From: Heterodontus francisci
Taxonomy: Eukaryota
DNA length: 64,000 nt
Direction: 5' to 3'
Assembly (NCBI RefSeq): GCF_036365525.1
Contig: NC_090412.1
Span: 6,676,123-6,740,122 of the forward strand
The translations under genes were made by a program, and so were the position numbers. A model generated the notes under the pieces. That model was not told where the DNA came from. It made no database searches and saw only the letters and a program-made list of their open reading frames with translations. The stretch's first letter is position 1. The number at the start of each line of letters is the position of its first letter. Positions 1 to 13,109 of this stretch are shown here, in pieces.

Positions 1-254
1 AAGTTTTTGGTCACTTGGCCTAATGTCTCCTTATGTGGCATGATGTCAAATTTTGTTTGATTACGCTCATGTGAAGCATCTTGGGCTGTCCTACTATGTT
101 GAAGGAGCTAAATAAATGCCACGTTGTTGTTGCTTTTCGAGGAACAAAAGCAAAGCAAGTAATAAGTGGTGAGCAATTCATTGAAAACGAGTAATGGTGA
201 AGTGTTTTTATTGGTTGTCGAGAAATTTGTATCCGTTACACAATATGACAATGA

Positions 255-603
255 GGGCGGCACAGTGGCGCAGTGGTTAGCACCGCAGCCTCACAGCTCC
301 AGGGACCCGGGTTCGATTCCGGGTACTGCCTGTGTGGAGTTTGCAAGTTCTCCCTGTGTCTGCGTGGGTTTTCTCCGGGTGCTCCGGTTTCCTCCCACAA
401 GCCAAAAGACTTGCAGGTTGATAGGTAAATTGGCCATTATAAATTGTCACTCGTATAGGTAGGTGGTAGGGAAATATAGGGACAGGTGGGGATGTTTGGT
501 AGGAATATGGGATTAGTGTAAATGGGTGGTTGATGTTCGGCACAGACTCGGTGGGCCGAAGGGCCTGTTTCAGTGCTGTATCTCTAATCTAATCTAATCT
601 AAA
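255..603 (+). mobile_element. HE1-type tRNA-derived SINE
   Basis: Pol III A box TGGCGCAGTGG, B box GGTTCGATTCC, CR1-like 3' tail (gggccgaagggcctgtttc) and (TCTAA)n end; five related copies in the window. Confidence 0.9.
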
Positions 604-2206
604 ATCATTTTTGCCACAGACGTAGTTAAAGCTTGGAATATATTATAGACAAATTAGTGCTAATATTTACTGCTGTCTGAGAATACTTTGGACAATGTAT
701 TGGCAAAACTTAAAACCCACAAGTAAATTTTAAAAACTTAAACCCACATTCCAGAAGGGAATAAATGACATGGTTAAGGTTTTGCACGCAGAAAAATAAA
801 CCGATTTCAGCTGGATCGGAAATCCAGCCAGCAAGAGTGAAGGATTTGAGTCTGGGAGCTCTTAAAGAGAACCCTTTTTAAGGCCTCTCTTAGAGCAGTT
901 TCAGGGTTTGTTTTCAAACAGAAACCTGATTTCACAGAGAAGCTATGGAGCAGCTGCTGGAGGGTGTTGGAGGGGAACTGCGAAATCGTTGCAACAGAAG
1001 AGATTATTGTGAAATGCAGGGTGAGGAGGGAAAGCTATTTTAATAAAAAAGCTGACATTAATTCTCTCAAAAAAGGCAAAAGCTCGTTTTGGGAAGTAGT
1101 TCTATAAGAGACTTAGGAACATGTATACGTCCTCTGGGATTAAAGGAATGTTTTCTGTTTAGCACCTTTCACCAGTTAAATGCTCAAATCTGTTGTGCAG
1201 GTTGCCCTGTTGAGTGGAACAAGTGTTCCTGATCATACTGTTATTAACAATAGGGCTTTTCATCTCTCAGTTGTTTGAGATTTTACTTTGCACAGAATGT
1301 CTGTTGGACTTATCTACCTAACCACAATGACTGGACCCATTGTATATGCAACACTTTGAGACAGTTCGAAGCCATGTGATCAGGTACTCCATAAATGCAA
1401 ATCTGTCTGTTCCTCATCGGAAGGAAATGTACAGTAGCTTTCTGCAAGTAAAGTTTGGAGGTTTTATTGATCGATTTGAGCTGCAGCCACGTTGCCTGTT
1501 CGCACAGCCTCTTGGAAGCAGAAAACCATTTGCCAGCAGTCTCAGAGCTTTTGAAACAAAGATGTTTGTAGGGATTGTGGAGAGAGTGTGTGTGTGCGCG
1601 CGTTTTGGATGGTAGGAGGGGAGGGGTCGGTACGAAGTATCAGGGCAGGGTGAGACAATACTGAGATTTCTTCCTTTTAATGAGGCTCTGGTGAGTTTGG
1701 TTCCTGAAGCAGAGCAATGTTTTACCAGGCCCCATCCATTTACAGTCATTGCTCAGGTACTCCCCATGGGTAAGTGGTCAAAGTAGGCGCAACCCGAGGT
1801 CAGTTGGATGCTAATTACTGGTGGACGTTCCTTAGATTGGCAGATGCTTGTAAAATCCTCGCTCCGATGCAAGGTTGCATATCAATATCATTGTGCGAAA
1901 CACTGAACTTGACTAATCTGCAAACTACCACTTCTGAAAGGAACATACAAGTATTAAATCTGCTGAGAAGCTGTTGATTTCATTTTGTTCAACTTTCCTC
2001 AGTGACGCTGCATCAATTGCCACAGCACAGACCAAACCACTCAGCAGTTAAAGTTTGATGATGTCCTTCTTCACAATCGCTGTTCAGTTTCCACATGCAT
2101 AGTGCAACTCAGCTGTCTTCCCCCTGTTTTCCCCTGCAAGCCAGCTCCCAGGACCAGACAGTCACCAAAGGTTTAAAGGCTTAAATTGTGGCCGATCCTA
2201 CATCTC

Positions 2207-2536
2207 GCACAGTGGCGCGGTGGTTAGCACCGCAGCCTCACAGCTCCAGCGACCCAGGTTCAGTTCTGGGTACTGCCTGTGCGGAGTTTGCAAGTTCTCC
2301 CCGTGACCGCATGGGTTTCCACCGGGTGCTCCGGTTTCCTCCCACAGCCAAAGACTTGCAGTTTGATAGGTAAATTGGCCATTGTAAATTGCCCCTAGTG
2401 TAGGTAGGTAGTAGGAGAATGGTGGGGATGTGGTAGGGAATATGGGTTTAATGTAGGATTAGTATAAATGGGTGGTTGTTGGCACAGACTTGGGCTGAAG
2501 GGCCTGTTTCAGTGCTGTATCTCTAAATAAATAAAT
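2207..2536 (+). mobile_element. HE1-type SINE
   Basis: Same family as 255-603; (TAAA)n tail; ATCTCG occurs at both ends (possible TSD). Confidence 0.9.
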
Positions 2537-3577
2537 CTCGAGTACAAGCCTAATAAACAGTTGGATTCCCGCACTCCTCAGAGTGTGGTTTTCTCCTTTA
2601 TAGAATTATCAGATTGTGACAGCACTCAAGGAGGCCATTCGGCCCTTACTTGGCAAAGGATTAATTTTGGACAGCAGCAAAAACTTAACTTGGCATCACT
2701 CCAGCATCCATATTTTACTACATCAGTTAGGGAAGCATAAAAATTGGCAATGGGCGTTGTATGGATATGGTAGTTTCAGTGCTTCTGATGGTAAATTAGC
2801 AGCCCAGATGTTGATGAATTCAGGTTCCACCATGACTAAGTTGTGAAATTGATCTCAGTAAGTTGGGTAATTTGTGGAAAATCCAACTTGTGTATCACTT
2901 ATGTCCTTCAGTGGAGCTGCCATCCCTATTTGGTCTGGTCCACTGGGAATGTGGTGTAAGCAGGCACAACCTGAGGTCAACTAGAAGCTAATTCCTGATG
3001 GAATTTCCATTGACTGACTGCATACAACCGGCCCCACACTCCTGTCGGCTGAAGTGGCTGAGGAAGTCATTCAATGGTAGAAACAATTGCTACCAAGTCG
3101 AGGGCTTACTGCCATCTTCGGCTTCACAGGGCGTGGAGAAATGTTCAATAGATAGTGCCTTTCCCAAATCTTGAGACAAAGAAATAGCCCAACAAGTCCA
3201 GACCTTTTCCTTGGATCACTCTGACCTTCACCTTCCAACTGCTCTCTCTCCAGAAACATAGCCAATTGAACTTGATGCAGTCACACTGTTCCCTGCCTGG
3301 TAACTTACTTCTTGGCTCTCTAGCTCTTTGGGTGAAAAGAAACCCACCTGATTTTTCCCAGCAGCACTCGGCCTGCTGACTCCCAAATCAGCAAATATCT
3401 GAATTGTTTCATTTATTTTGTGGCAAAGTCTAACTGTTGATTGGGGATGGGGAGGCAGTGCTGGGTTGAGTGTTCCACCACTCTCAATTCGGCAGTTGTC
3501 TCCGCTGTACTGTTCTTCCAAGTCTACTCGATCTGATCTGCGAACTTATTCTCTGGAGACTATACAAAAATCTATGC

Positions 3578-3885
3578 TCACACACCCACTTCAATACTGA
3601 GGGAGTGCTGCATTGTCAGAGGTGCCATCAAGTTCAATTGGCTAAACCGAGGCCCTGTCTGCCCTCCCAGGTGGACGTAAAAGATTCCACGGGCCTCCAT
3701 CAAAGTAGAGCAGAAGAGTTCTCCCTGGTGTCCTGGCCAATATTTATCCTTCAGTCATCATCACAAAAAACAGATTATCTGGTCATTATCACATTGCTGT
3801 TTGTGGGATCTTGCTGTGTCTAAATTGCCTGCCGCATTTCCTACATTCCAACAGTGACGACACTTCAAAAGTACTTCATGGGTTA
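3578..3885 (+). mobile_element. Deu-domain SINE (SacSINE1/AmnSINE-like), partial
   Basis: Core ...aaaccgaggccctgtctgccctcccaggtggacgtaaaagat...cagattatctggtcattatcacattgctgtttgtggg..., repeated many times in the window. Confidence 0.8.
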
Positions 3886-6800
3886 CACCTTTTATAGGAG
3901 TGTACCATTTTTACATAAAAGGCAATTATTCAGAAGACCTTGTTTTCTAATTCATTTTGTTTCCATAAAAAAAAATTCCAGGTTTTGTACTTGCTTTCCT
4001 CCTGATGGGAATTATTTCGGGAACGTGGCGAAGGAAGTTCCTTGCTCCCAAACAGATAAATTCCCGAAAATGCCAAGCTGTTTTGCTGCCTTGAGTAAAT
4101 TGTCTGTTTGAAAACTATAATGAATATTATCAATGTGGTAGAGAAATGAATTGGCGCAGCAGTGGTGACACAGAGCAGTGCTATGTGGGTTTATGGCCGT
4201 GATTCCCTCGACACCACCGACTCCCCGCTCTGAGCCATGCAAATATGGAGATGCGCTAAGCAGAGGGCAGGTGCTTCCCCCATGGGGGCATCCTCGGTTG
4301 CTGCAGTTCGGTGCTTCCCCCAATAGGAAGGAAAAATCGAAAGGAGAGTCAGTCCGGAGTTGGTGTTGCACACTCGGAGATGCACAACACAACAGCCTCA
4401 GTGGAGTTTTCAGTACTGTCACCAACACAGGCCAACGCTTTCCTCCTCAGGATTACATTTATTTCAAAGAGATTTGAGAAAAATAGGTTTGGGTCAGTGA
4501 CTAAGCAGAAGGGTTTTTTTTTTCCTGTATTACTGGCCGCCTGTGCCTTGCTGAAAAGAGAAGGAATGAAACTATCAAAAGCGGAGAGCTCCCACAATCC
4601 CCTCTATAATGGCCATCAGCAAAAAAAACTTCAACAGGTAAAGAAAGGAAGAGGTGTCATCGATATAGCATCTTTCACAACCTCCGGACCTCTCAAAGCA
4701 CTTTACAGCCAACCAAGTACTCTTTCAAGTCTTGTCATGGTTGTAGTGTAGGGAACACGGCAGCCCATTTCCCACATTATGCTGGAGGAATCACTACATG
4801 AATACCCACCTCCTGCCATCCCACCCCCACACTCCCACCATGTCCATCCTTGCACCATCCAGTTTTCCCAGGCTAATTGGAAAGAACATGCTCTTCGAAA
4901 CCTAATGGGATGATTTTCACCAGACAGACCAAAATCCTTTGTCCCCATCTCCAATATTTCTGTAACGAATAACCAGAATTACTGTAGGCAAAAAAATTAA
5001 AAACACGCACTTTATATAGCTTTCCAATGATCTTTCTCTCTCAGTTGCTCACAGCGAGAAAGTCACCTTTAATTCTTGTTGACTCCAGGATGATCGTAGA
5101 GGGTTGACGACTCTGATCAAGCTCCGCAATTTAATAGGTTAGATTTAGACAAGCTCCTTCTACGCTGCCCCACCAAATTCACCCTGATCCCAGCCTCTCT
5201 TCCTATACCAGTGACATTTTGTGGGTCTTTCAGAGTGCAAAATAGGTTGCCCCTGTTGAAATTATGTTGAGCTCGTCCCGGTGAGCAACTTTGTTTCAGT
5301 ATAGTAATTCCAATAATTGAGCCTAATGGCTGGAAGGAAATGCTGTTCCTGTTGGCTCCTTTAGATTGTGAGTGCTTGCACTGAACTATACAATCTGCAA
5401 TAAAGGTTCTCAAGAGAGACAGGGAGAGCAGTTCTGGGGAGATGGACGGCAGCCAAATTGGCAAGTCAAGCATATTTAAAATTCAATTTCTTTGTATCTA
5501 AGAAATGTCTTTTCTGTATAAGAATCCTCTTCGTGACTGCAAATAATCAAACACAGTACGCAGTGGGTCATCTCTGAAGACAAGCTATTAAACTGAGGCC
5601 TCTGTTGAGACGGTTCATTAAGAGGTCTTATGGCACTATACGAATTAGAGAAGGGAGCTTTTCCCTTGCCCTGACAAAGATTCCCCCCCCCCCCCCCCCC
5701 CACAACCAGCAGCACCTAAAACGGGAAAACTGGTCTCCCATCTCATTGCTGTTTATGGGATCTTGCTGTGTGCAAAATAGCCGCTGCACTTTTCTATAAA
5801 ACAATAATGACTTCAGTTCAAGAGCAGTTCATTCACGAAGCTTTGAAGCATCCTGAGACACAATATAAGGCACCACAGAAAAGCAAGACATTACGGAGCA
5901 TTGATGTGTATGAAGTTATAAAAATGCATTTATATGTAAAATTCTACTGTTACACAGTGCAACCCTTTTATTTGATTTACAGTTAGGGGGCAGGGTTACA
6001 CAGAAACTTTAGTGCACTTTTTGTTTTTTTTTGTTCATTTCCTGTTGTGGTACACTCAGAAATCAATGTTTTTGCTGGGGCCTTATGCTCACGTCCAGTT
6101 CTTGCAGTGATTGATTGTATCTCCCTTTTTTTCCCCTCCTCGAATTGGTCTTCACACAGCAGCCAAATTAACTGTGGTCAAAGGCTGTAACAGAAGAACA
6201 AGGCAGCTACAGGAGAAGGTGGAAGCCATTGTTAGCCCCCTACCTTTTGGTTCAGGAAACTATCTGTAGATTAAAGGCACTTTTAGGATTGAATCTTGCA
6301 GCACAGAAGACCTTTCACGACTCTCTGCCAGAGTTGTCCCACACCCCAGCTTTTTCCCCCATAAGCCTGCAAGTTAGTCCTCTTCAAATACATGTCCGAT
6401 TGCCTTTTAAAGGTTCCTGTGGAATTTGGTTCCACAACCCTGTCATATAGTGCGTTCCAAATTGCAACCATCTGTGTGAAGATATTTCTCCTCATTTCCC
6501 CCTCTAGTTCATTTGCTAGTTATTTCAAATCTATGGGAGCAAAACTTGGCGTGTTGCAATTGTTAACTGCATTGACAGACAGGAGACGGATTCTGGAATT
6601 TTCATTGCGATATGAACAGGTTCAGCAACACTCACCTATTCCATTCGCTTCAGTACTTCCAAAGTTTTTGTGATACACCAAAGTCTGGTTCCTTCTCTCT
6701 GATTTGTAAGAGATGGGGCCAGCTGGTTATTGGAGGCAATGAGCTGTGATGAACACCAACAATATAACGGGGGTTGTGCGTGACTGGAAGCATGTCCTGA

Positions 6801-7656
6801 AGTCCAAACTCGTGCTATAGAGTCATAGTACCGAAGGAGGCCATTCAGACCATCGAGTCTGTGCTGTCTCTTTCAAAGAGCAATCTAGTTAGTCCCACTC
6901 CCCCACTCTTTCTTCATATCCCTGCAATTTTTTTCTCCTATTTATCCAATACCCTTTTGAAGGCTACTATTGAATCCACCGTCCTATCAGGCAGTGCATT
7001 CCAAATCCTAACCACTAGGTGCATTAAAAAAATGTGTATCCTTTGGTCCTTTTGCCAATCACCTTAAAACAATCACCCTCTGGTTATTGACCCTTCAGCC
7101 CTCAGAAACATTTTCACTTTAAAATCATCAAGGGGTTTAGATAGAGTAAGTATGCACCTCTAACAAATCTCCTCTTAGCCTTCTCTGCTCCAATGAGAAC
7201 AACCCCAGCTTCTCCAGTCTGTCCACATAACTCTAGTCCCTTATCCCCGGTACCATTCTGATAAATTACTTCTGTAACCTCTCCAAAGTGCATGTGAACT
7301 ATCAAAACGGCTAAGATATTTAACCTCTTCACCTATGTAATAGTTTTGTGAATCTGTGGGTTGAAGAATTGTAATTCCTTAATTCATTCCCTCTACCACT
7401 GGCTGCAGTGCATACCATCTACAAGATGCAGTGCAGCAACTCACCAAGGCTTTTTGATGCACCTTCCAAACCCGTAACCTCTACCACCTAGGAGGACAAG
7501 GGCAGCAGATTCATGGAGACATCACCATCTGTATTTTGCTTTTATGTTGTTGCAGTTTATATTTCCTGTTGTAAATGCAGTTTAAACTCATTTCCTAATT
7601 GTCACTGTGTGATTTGTGCAAGTTGCCTTGTCTTTTTATTTGAATATTTGAAACTT

Positions 7657-8711
7657 GAATCATAGAAAGTTTAAGGCACAGAAGGAGGCCACTTGGCCCA
7701 TCGTGTCTGTTCCGGCTGGAAAACGATCCACCTATTCTAATCCCACCTTCCAGCATTTGGTCTGTAGCCCCTCTGATTACGTCACTTGAGGTGCATATCT
7801 GGACTCCTTTTGAATGAGTTGAGGGTCTCTGCCTCAACTACCCTTTCAGGCAGTGAGTTCCAGACCATCACCACCCTCTGGGTGAAACGTTTTTTCCTCA
7901 TCTCCCCTCTAGTTTTTCTACCAATCACTTTAAATCTATGGTCCCTCGTCACTGACCTCTCTGCTAAGGTGAATAGACCCTTCACCTCCAGTCTATCCAG
8001 GCCCCTCAAAATTTTGTACATTTCAATCAGATCTCCTCTCAGCCTTCTCTGTTCCAAGGAGAACAACCCCAGCCTATCCAATCTTTCCTCATAGTTGCAT
8101 TTTTCCAGTCCTGGCAACATCCTTGTAAATCTCCTTTGTACCCTCTCTAGTGCAATTACATCCTTTCTGTAATGAGGTGACTGAACTGCACACAGTACTC
8201 AAGTTGTGGCCTAACCAATGAGTTATACAGTTCCAGCATAACCTCCCTGTTCTTGTATTCTATACCTCGGCTAATAAAGGAAAGGATTCCATATGCCTTT
8301 TAACCACCTTATCGACTTGTCCTGCTACCTTCAGGATCTGTGGACATTCACTCCAAGGTCCCTCACTTCCTCCACACTTCAGTATTTTCCCATTAATCGT
8401 GTATTCCTTTGCCTTATTTGACCTCCCCAAATGCATCACCTCACACTTCTCTGGGTTGAATTCCATTTGTCACTTTTCTGCCCATCTGACCAGACCATCA
8501 ATATCTTCCTGCAGCCGACAGCTATCCTCCTCACTATCTACCACACGGCCAATCTTTGTGTCATCTGCAAACTTCTTGATCATGACCCCTATATTTATGT
8601 CCAAATTGTTAATATAAACCACAAAAAGCAGGGGACCCAGTACTGAGCCCTGCGGAACGCCACTGGAAACAGCCCTCCAGTCGCAAAAACACCCGTCAAC
8701 AACTACTCTTC
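7657..8711 (-). mobile_element. CR1-clade LINE 3' portion (RT C-terminus and 3' UTR), frameshifted
   Basis: ORFs MEFNPEKCEVMHLG... and ...YEERLDRLGLFSLEQRRLRGDLIEMYKI...FTQRVVMVWNSLPERVVEA; tail TTCTATGATTC. Confidence 0.92.
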
Positions 8712-9640
8712 ACAAGTACAACGTTAATAGATTTTAAAAAAAGAAACAAGCCATTTAATTGCCATCAAAATGGGTTTGCTCGATCAAGGTCAGGAGCTAC
8801 AGGTTGCAGACCCCTGCCCTAACCTGTCAGCCACCTGCAAATATTACCATTAAACTACACAATTGTGCAGAAAAGCTTCAGACAGAAATGTGACCACATA
8901 GAGTTGGGGAGAGGAACATCAGGGGTAATTGGAGAGGAGAGAGATGGGAGACGTAACTGGCTCAAAAAGGGGGGATTCATCCCCCTCAGACCCTTCATGC
9001 TCTCCCCTAACCCCCCTGGGTGGTTGCAATTGTGGCCACAGGAATGGAACCTGGGAAATCTAAATGGTTCAATAAGGAGAGTAACATTCGGCACATCATT
9101 TGTTTTTTTACCATTACTGTTTAAGAACACTTGACACCAGGTCTGACTGCAGTGTGGAAAATGTTACATCTTGTGTTTGCAGAACCAGGATGTAATTTAC
9201 AAGCAGAGAAACGTACCCAATTTGATTGATTGCCAGTAGCCTTAAGATCTGTAAAACTGTAAAGCATATTTTTCCACACTGTGTTTCCACACTGCGCACA
9301 TAAAATTCTGAAGGAGGATGGGGCAAGTTAGACGGTAATGGAGACACTTTTCACCTTAAAAGTGAATTGAGTATATTGCTGTGAGTATCTTTGAGACGAG
9401 GTAACATGGGTGAGTGGTGGAGTGCATGTGGATGTTTATAATTCCAATCAGGCTCAACCTAGGGAAGGTGTTGAACCAGTGTCAAGTCATTTCTTTCACC
9501 AGAGAGAAGGCGGGGGGAGGGGGAGAGAGAGAATCAAATAAAACATGATGGGCCAACCCCTATTCCTTTTACCACCATCATTCAGCTCTTGTGAGGGAGG
9601 AAAGTATCAGGAGAGGTCTTGGGACATGTTATTTTTCCAG

Positions 9641-9884
9641 AGTATAAAAGGAAAATACTGCGGATGCTGGAAATCTGAAACAAAAACAAGAAATGCTGGA
9701 ATCACTCGGCAGGTCTGGCAGCATCTGTGGAAAGAGAAGCAGAGTTAACGTTTCGGGTCAGTGACCCTTCTTCGGAAGAAGACCCTTCCGAAGAAGGGTC
9801 ACTGACCCGAAACGTTAACTCTGCTTCTCTTTCCACAGATGCTGCCAGACCTGCTGAGAGATTCCAGCATTTCTTGTTTTTGTT
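9641..9884. mobile_element. Palindromic Penelope-derived insertion (two inverted pLTR ends)
   Basis: Arms 9679-9778 and 9785-9884, 2 mismatches in 100 bp; flanking direct repeat TGTTATTTTTCCAG at 9627-9640 and 9881-9894. Confidence 0.85.
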
Positions 9885-10480
9885 ATTTTTCCAGTGTGTG
9901 GAACCAGGAAATGATTCATGCCATGGTGGGAGGGGTGCAGAAGAATCTTTCAAAATAAGTTGGGGGGGAGATTGGGGGCTGGGATGATATTACGTAGTAA
10001 ATTTAGATTGAAGTTCATTGAAGACTAATGTCAAAGGTTCCTTTCAGTGGTCTTTGGAGGGTGTGTGTGGGCTGTGCATGGGGGCAGCTCATTTGAACTG
10101 TGTACGTAGAGCTTAGGAAGGAAGCTTTTGCTGTAATATGACGAGCTTATTCCATTTATCGTTGAAAGAAAAAAAAACAAATGTTTTAGAAAGCGATTGA
10201 GGACAGACTCACTGCTCCAAGCTGCCTTTCTTGGCTGTGCACACCATTTGGAGTCTCTGTTTACTGAAACATTTTTAGTATTTTTTTTACTCGCTTTCAA
10301 AGGCCAAACTTTCAGGGGCAGGTCATTATTTAGCATGTTTTTATAGGCAGAAAACATCAGATCACCTTGAAATTTACACTGGGCAAGATCAACCTCTGCT
10401 ATTCTAATGGAGGAGTTAACCTGTTTATTTTAACTGAATGGGTGCTTTTATTAAAACAGCGGACAAGGGAATCTCATTCG

Positions 10481-10760
10481 AAAACGTGCATTTATATAGC
10501 ACCTTTACCATAGTAAAACATCCCAAAGTGCTTCACAGGAGCGTTATCAGGCAAAATTTCATACCTAGCCATATAAGGAGATACTGGGAGAGATGAACCA
10601 AAGCTTGACCAGAGAGGTGAATTTTAAGGAGTGTCTTCAAGGAGTGAGAGGTTTGGGGAGGGAATTCTAGAGCTTGGGGCCCAGGCACCTGTAGGGACAG
10701 CCACCAATGGTGGAGCGATTGAAATCAGCGATGCACAAAAGAATCAGAGTTAGCGAGCAT
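10481..10760 (-). mobile_element. L2-like LINE 3' fragment; other copies at 1-130, 18625-19010, 26075-26270, 32965-33350, 36130-36520 and 55095-55500
   Basis: Recurrent ...gcatttatatagc...cttcacaggagcgttatc...gccacataaggagat...gggagggaattccagagc... block. Confidence 0.7.
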
Positions 10761-11406
10761 TTTACAGTTTTACCACAAATTTCAAAGCCCGTGTAACTTC
10801 TTTTGTCCCCTTTGATGTCCTTTAATCAAAGCATTTTATCTAGCAGGCTACTGGCAAATACAGCAGAAATCCAGATTGTGAGCTCCACAGATAACTTATG
10901 CACACCTTCCTCCAGTAAGACCTGAATGTGTGTGGTTTGAGGCTGTCGAAACCGCTTACGACTAAGTCACTTTAAAAAAAAAATAAAGCAGAAACATGAC
11001 ACAGTCAGAGAGTTGAGACTCAGGTTGGAGTGTTTCAGGAGGCATTTACAGACGGTTTCTAAAGGTGCACTGCTCTCTGGAGGGTGAATAAGCTTTTTGC
11101 TGCTCTGTTACATGTCTCGAGTGACTGCTGCCAGCTGCCATTTTAACTCTTGAGTTTGCAATGCAAATGAGGGAGTTTATCCAGACAGTAAGATCTGGAG
11201 CTGACTAGACGAGGAAAGAGCTGCAATAAAACAGTTTGTACATTGTGAGCAGGATGCTCACTGTCCTGTGTTAGTGGGTGAGAGTGTATGTGTGGGTGTA
11301 AATAGGCCAGAAGACAGCACTCGCACGTTCTGAAGTGTCACTTTGTTACAGATGCAAGTACAAAGAGACAATTAATGATCCAGGGCCCAACATTTACAAG
11401 CAATTA

Positions 11407-11547
11407 CTGTTCTGATGAAAGGTCACAGACCTGAAACGTTAACTCTGCTTCACACTCCACAGATGCTGCCAGACCTCTGAGTATTTCTAGCACTTTATCT
11501 GTTTTTATATTTCAGATTTCCAGCATCTGCAGTATTTTGCTTTTACA
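11407..11547 (+). mobile_element. Short Penelope-derived element with hammerhead core
   Basis: CTGATGA-A-AGGTC-aca-GACCT-GAAAC-GTT, then about 100 nt shared with the other copies; CAATTA on both flanks. Confidence 0.8.
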
Positions 11548-11669
11548 CAATTAACTACATTTGCTTCTTATAAGCAATGGCCTTAAAAAGGACAGGGCAA
11601 AAACATGATAAAAATTCCACAGACCCCATACTACCCGTTAGTAACCCAAGAGAGAAGAAAGAATTAAGA

Positions 11670-12095
11670 TATTTATATAACACCTTTCACAACCTCAGGA
11701 AGTCCGAATTTTACAACCAATGAGTAGTCACTGTTGTAATGTAAGAAACACAGCAGCCAATTTTCACACAGCAAGCTCCCACAGACAACACTGTGATAAT
11801 AACCAGTGATGTTGGTTTTAGTGATACTGGTTGTGGGATAAATACTGGGGGGAACTCCCCTGTTAGTTTTCGATATAGTACCAATGGATCTTTTATGTCC
11901 ACCTGAGAGAGCAGGCGTGGACCTTGGTTTAAGGTGTCATCCAAAAGGTGACCACTCTGCCCCTGACAGTGCAGTGCTCCCTCAGTGCTGCACTCGGATT
12001 GTCAGCCTACGCCTTGTTCTCAAGGTCTCTGGAGTGGGACCTGAAGCCACAGTCTTCTGACTCAGAGGCAAGACTGCTACCCACTGAGTCACAGT
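11670..12095 (-). mobile_element. Deu-domain SINE, near full length
   Basis: tRNA-like head near 12095, Deu core, and a tail ending ...aaggtgttatataaat on the minus strand. Confidence 0.8.
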
Positions 12096-12994
12096 TGTTG
12101 GACAAGAGTTGCAAGCATGTCATATAAACATTGACAGTACTGCACCTTTCCTGCTGTTAACTATACTTCTCTGTGGCCTGAATTCAAGTTACTCTAGTTA
12201 GGTATTGATCCTGTTTAGCCAGATGAAGCATTTAACGTGTGAAGCTGTTGCTCTTTGACACTAGTTTCAGAACGGGCAAAATTAGTGTATAAGTGTTGTG
12301 TGCGGTGGGTGGGGAGGGTTGAATGAGCTATTTTCTGTCACTGTGGTCAGCTCTACATCAAAAGCATGAGGTGATGAGGGTGTTATTGAAGAGACCTGCA
12401 GTCTTCAGGAGAGTTGCTAAGTGGAAATAAAATACATATTGATTCAAATGTTCGTGTATCCTTGCAGAAATTTGGTTGGCAGCACTATTTTGCAGTGTGG
12501 TACCATTGTAAGCAGTGTCTGTTGCTGGAGGAGGAAGCAAGAGAGCAAGTATTTCAGGAACTAAACAGTTTCACTTGCATCCAATCGAGTTTGAGTTCAC
12601 TTCGCATTCTCTTTAAATTCTTATTCAATTTCAACTCTTTATGAGGTGCTCCTCCCTTTAACACCTTGATCAAGAGGGGTTTGTGTGTGATTGGGCGTGC
12701 CTGTTAGAATCAGAGTAAATTTGTTATTTTGAAGCATGTTTTGCCTGGCAACCAGTGATAAACCCAGTGCTTTTTTTTTGGCACCAGTGTGAGCCAAATT
12801 AGAAGAACACAACTTGTAAAAATGAGACCAATTGCTATTTCAGATACTGCAGTGAGATTAAGTCAGATTTGAAATTGCACGTCTCTGAATTGGCACAAGT
12901 CCGACACAACAGTTCTTTTGGCAATCAAAAAGCTTCTCTCTGATTCGCACAGGGAAGCAAAGTGCCTTCTTGTTATTCCACTTATCACCCTTAC

Positions 12995-13073
12995 CTTGTA
13001 TAACAGTGTTGAGAAGCAGGATTACAGTCCAAGTGAGGAATTGGTAAGTTATCTTGCTCTGAATATCCATCAT
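12995..13073 (-). CDS. VSIR: Putative signal-peptide exon of a nested antisense gene, probably VSIR (VISTA)
   Basis: Minus strand ATG ATG GAT... encodes MMDIQSKITYQFLTWTVILLLNTVIQ-G and ends at a strong phase-1 donor AAG|GTAAGG (12994). A hydrophobic leader with a phase-1 intron is typical of Ig-superfamily leaders. Identity is inferred from the known nesting of VSIR antisense in this CDH23 intron; no IgV exon was found in the window. Confidence 0.6.
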
Positions 13074-13109
13074 TAGATTCCTCTCTCCCTGAACCAATCT
13101 TCTTTCATC

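Noticed and set aside
255-330. tRNA-like A and B boxes
   Set aside because: SINE heads with no complete cloverleaf, continuous with the SINE body.
166-543. Recurring ORFs containing AQWLAPQPHSSRDPGS... (also at 2188, 53949 and 61081)
   Set aside because: Translations of HE1 SINE copies, not a protein family.
1395-1402. Octamer ATGCAAAT
   Set aside because: Lies in a degraded SINE tail (ataaatgcaa...), so it is repeat-derived.
9702-9987. Mirror-image ORFs on both strands
   Set aside because: Artefact of the palindromic Penelope insertion.
1-12990. Search for the VSIR IgV exon on the minus strand (e.g. ORFs 4012-4428 and 5117-5473)
   Set aside because: No ORF shows an Ig V Cys/Trp pattern; the exon is presumably outside the window.
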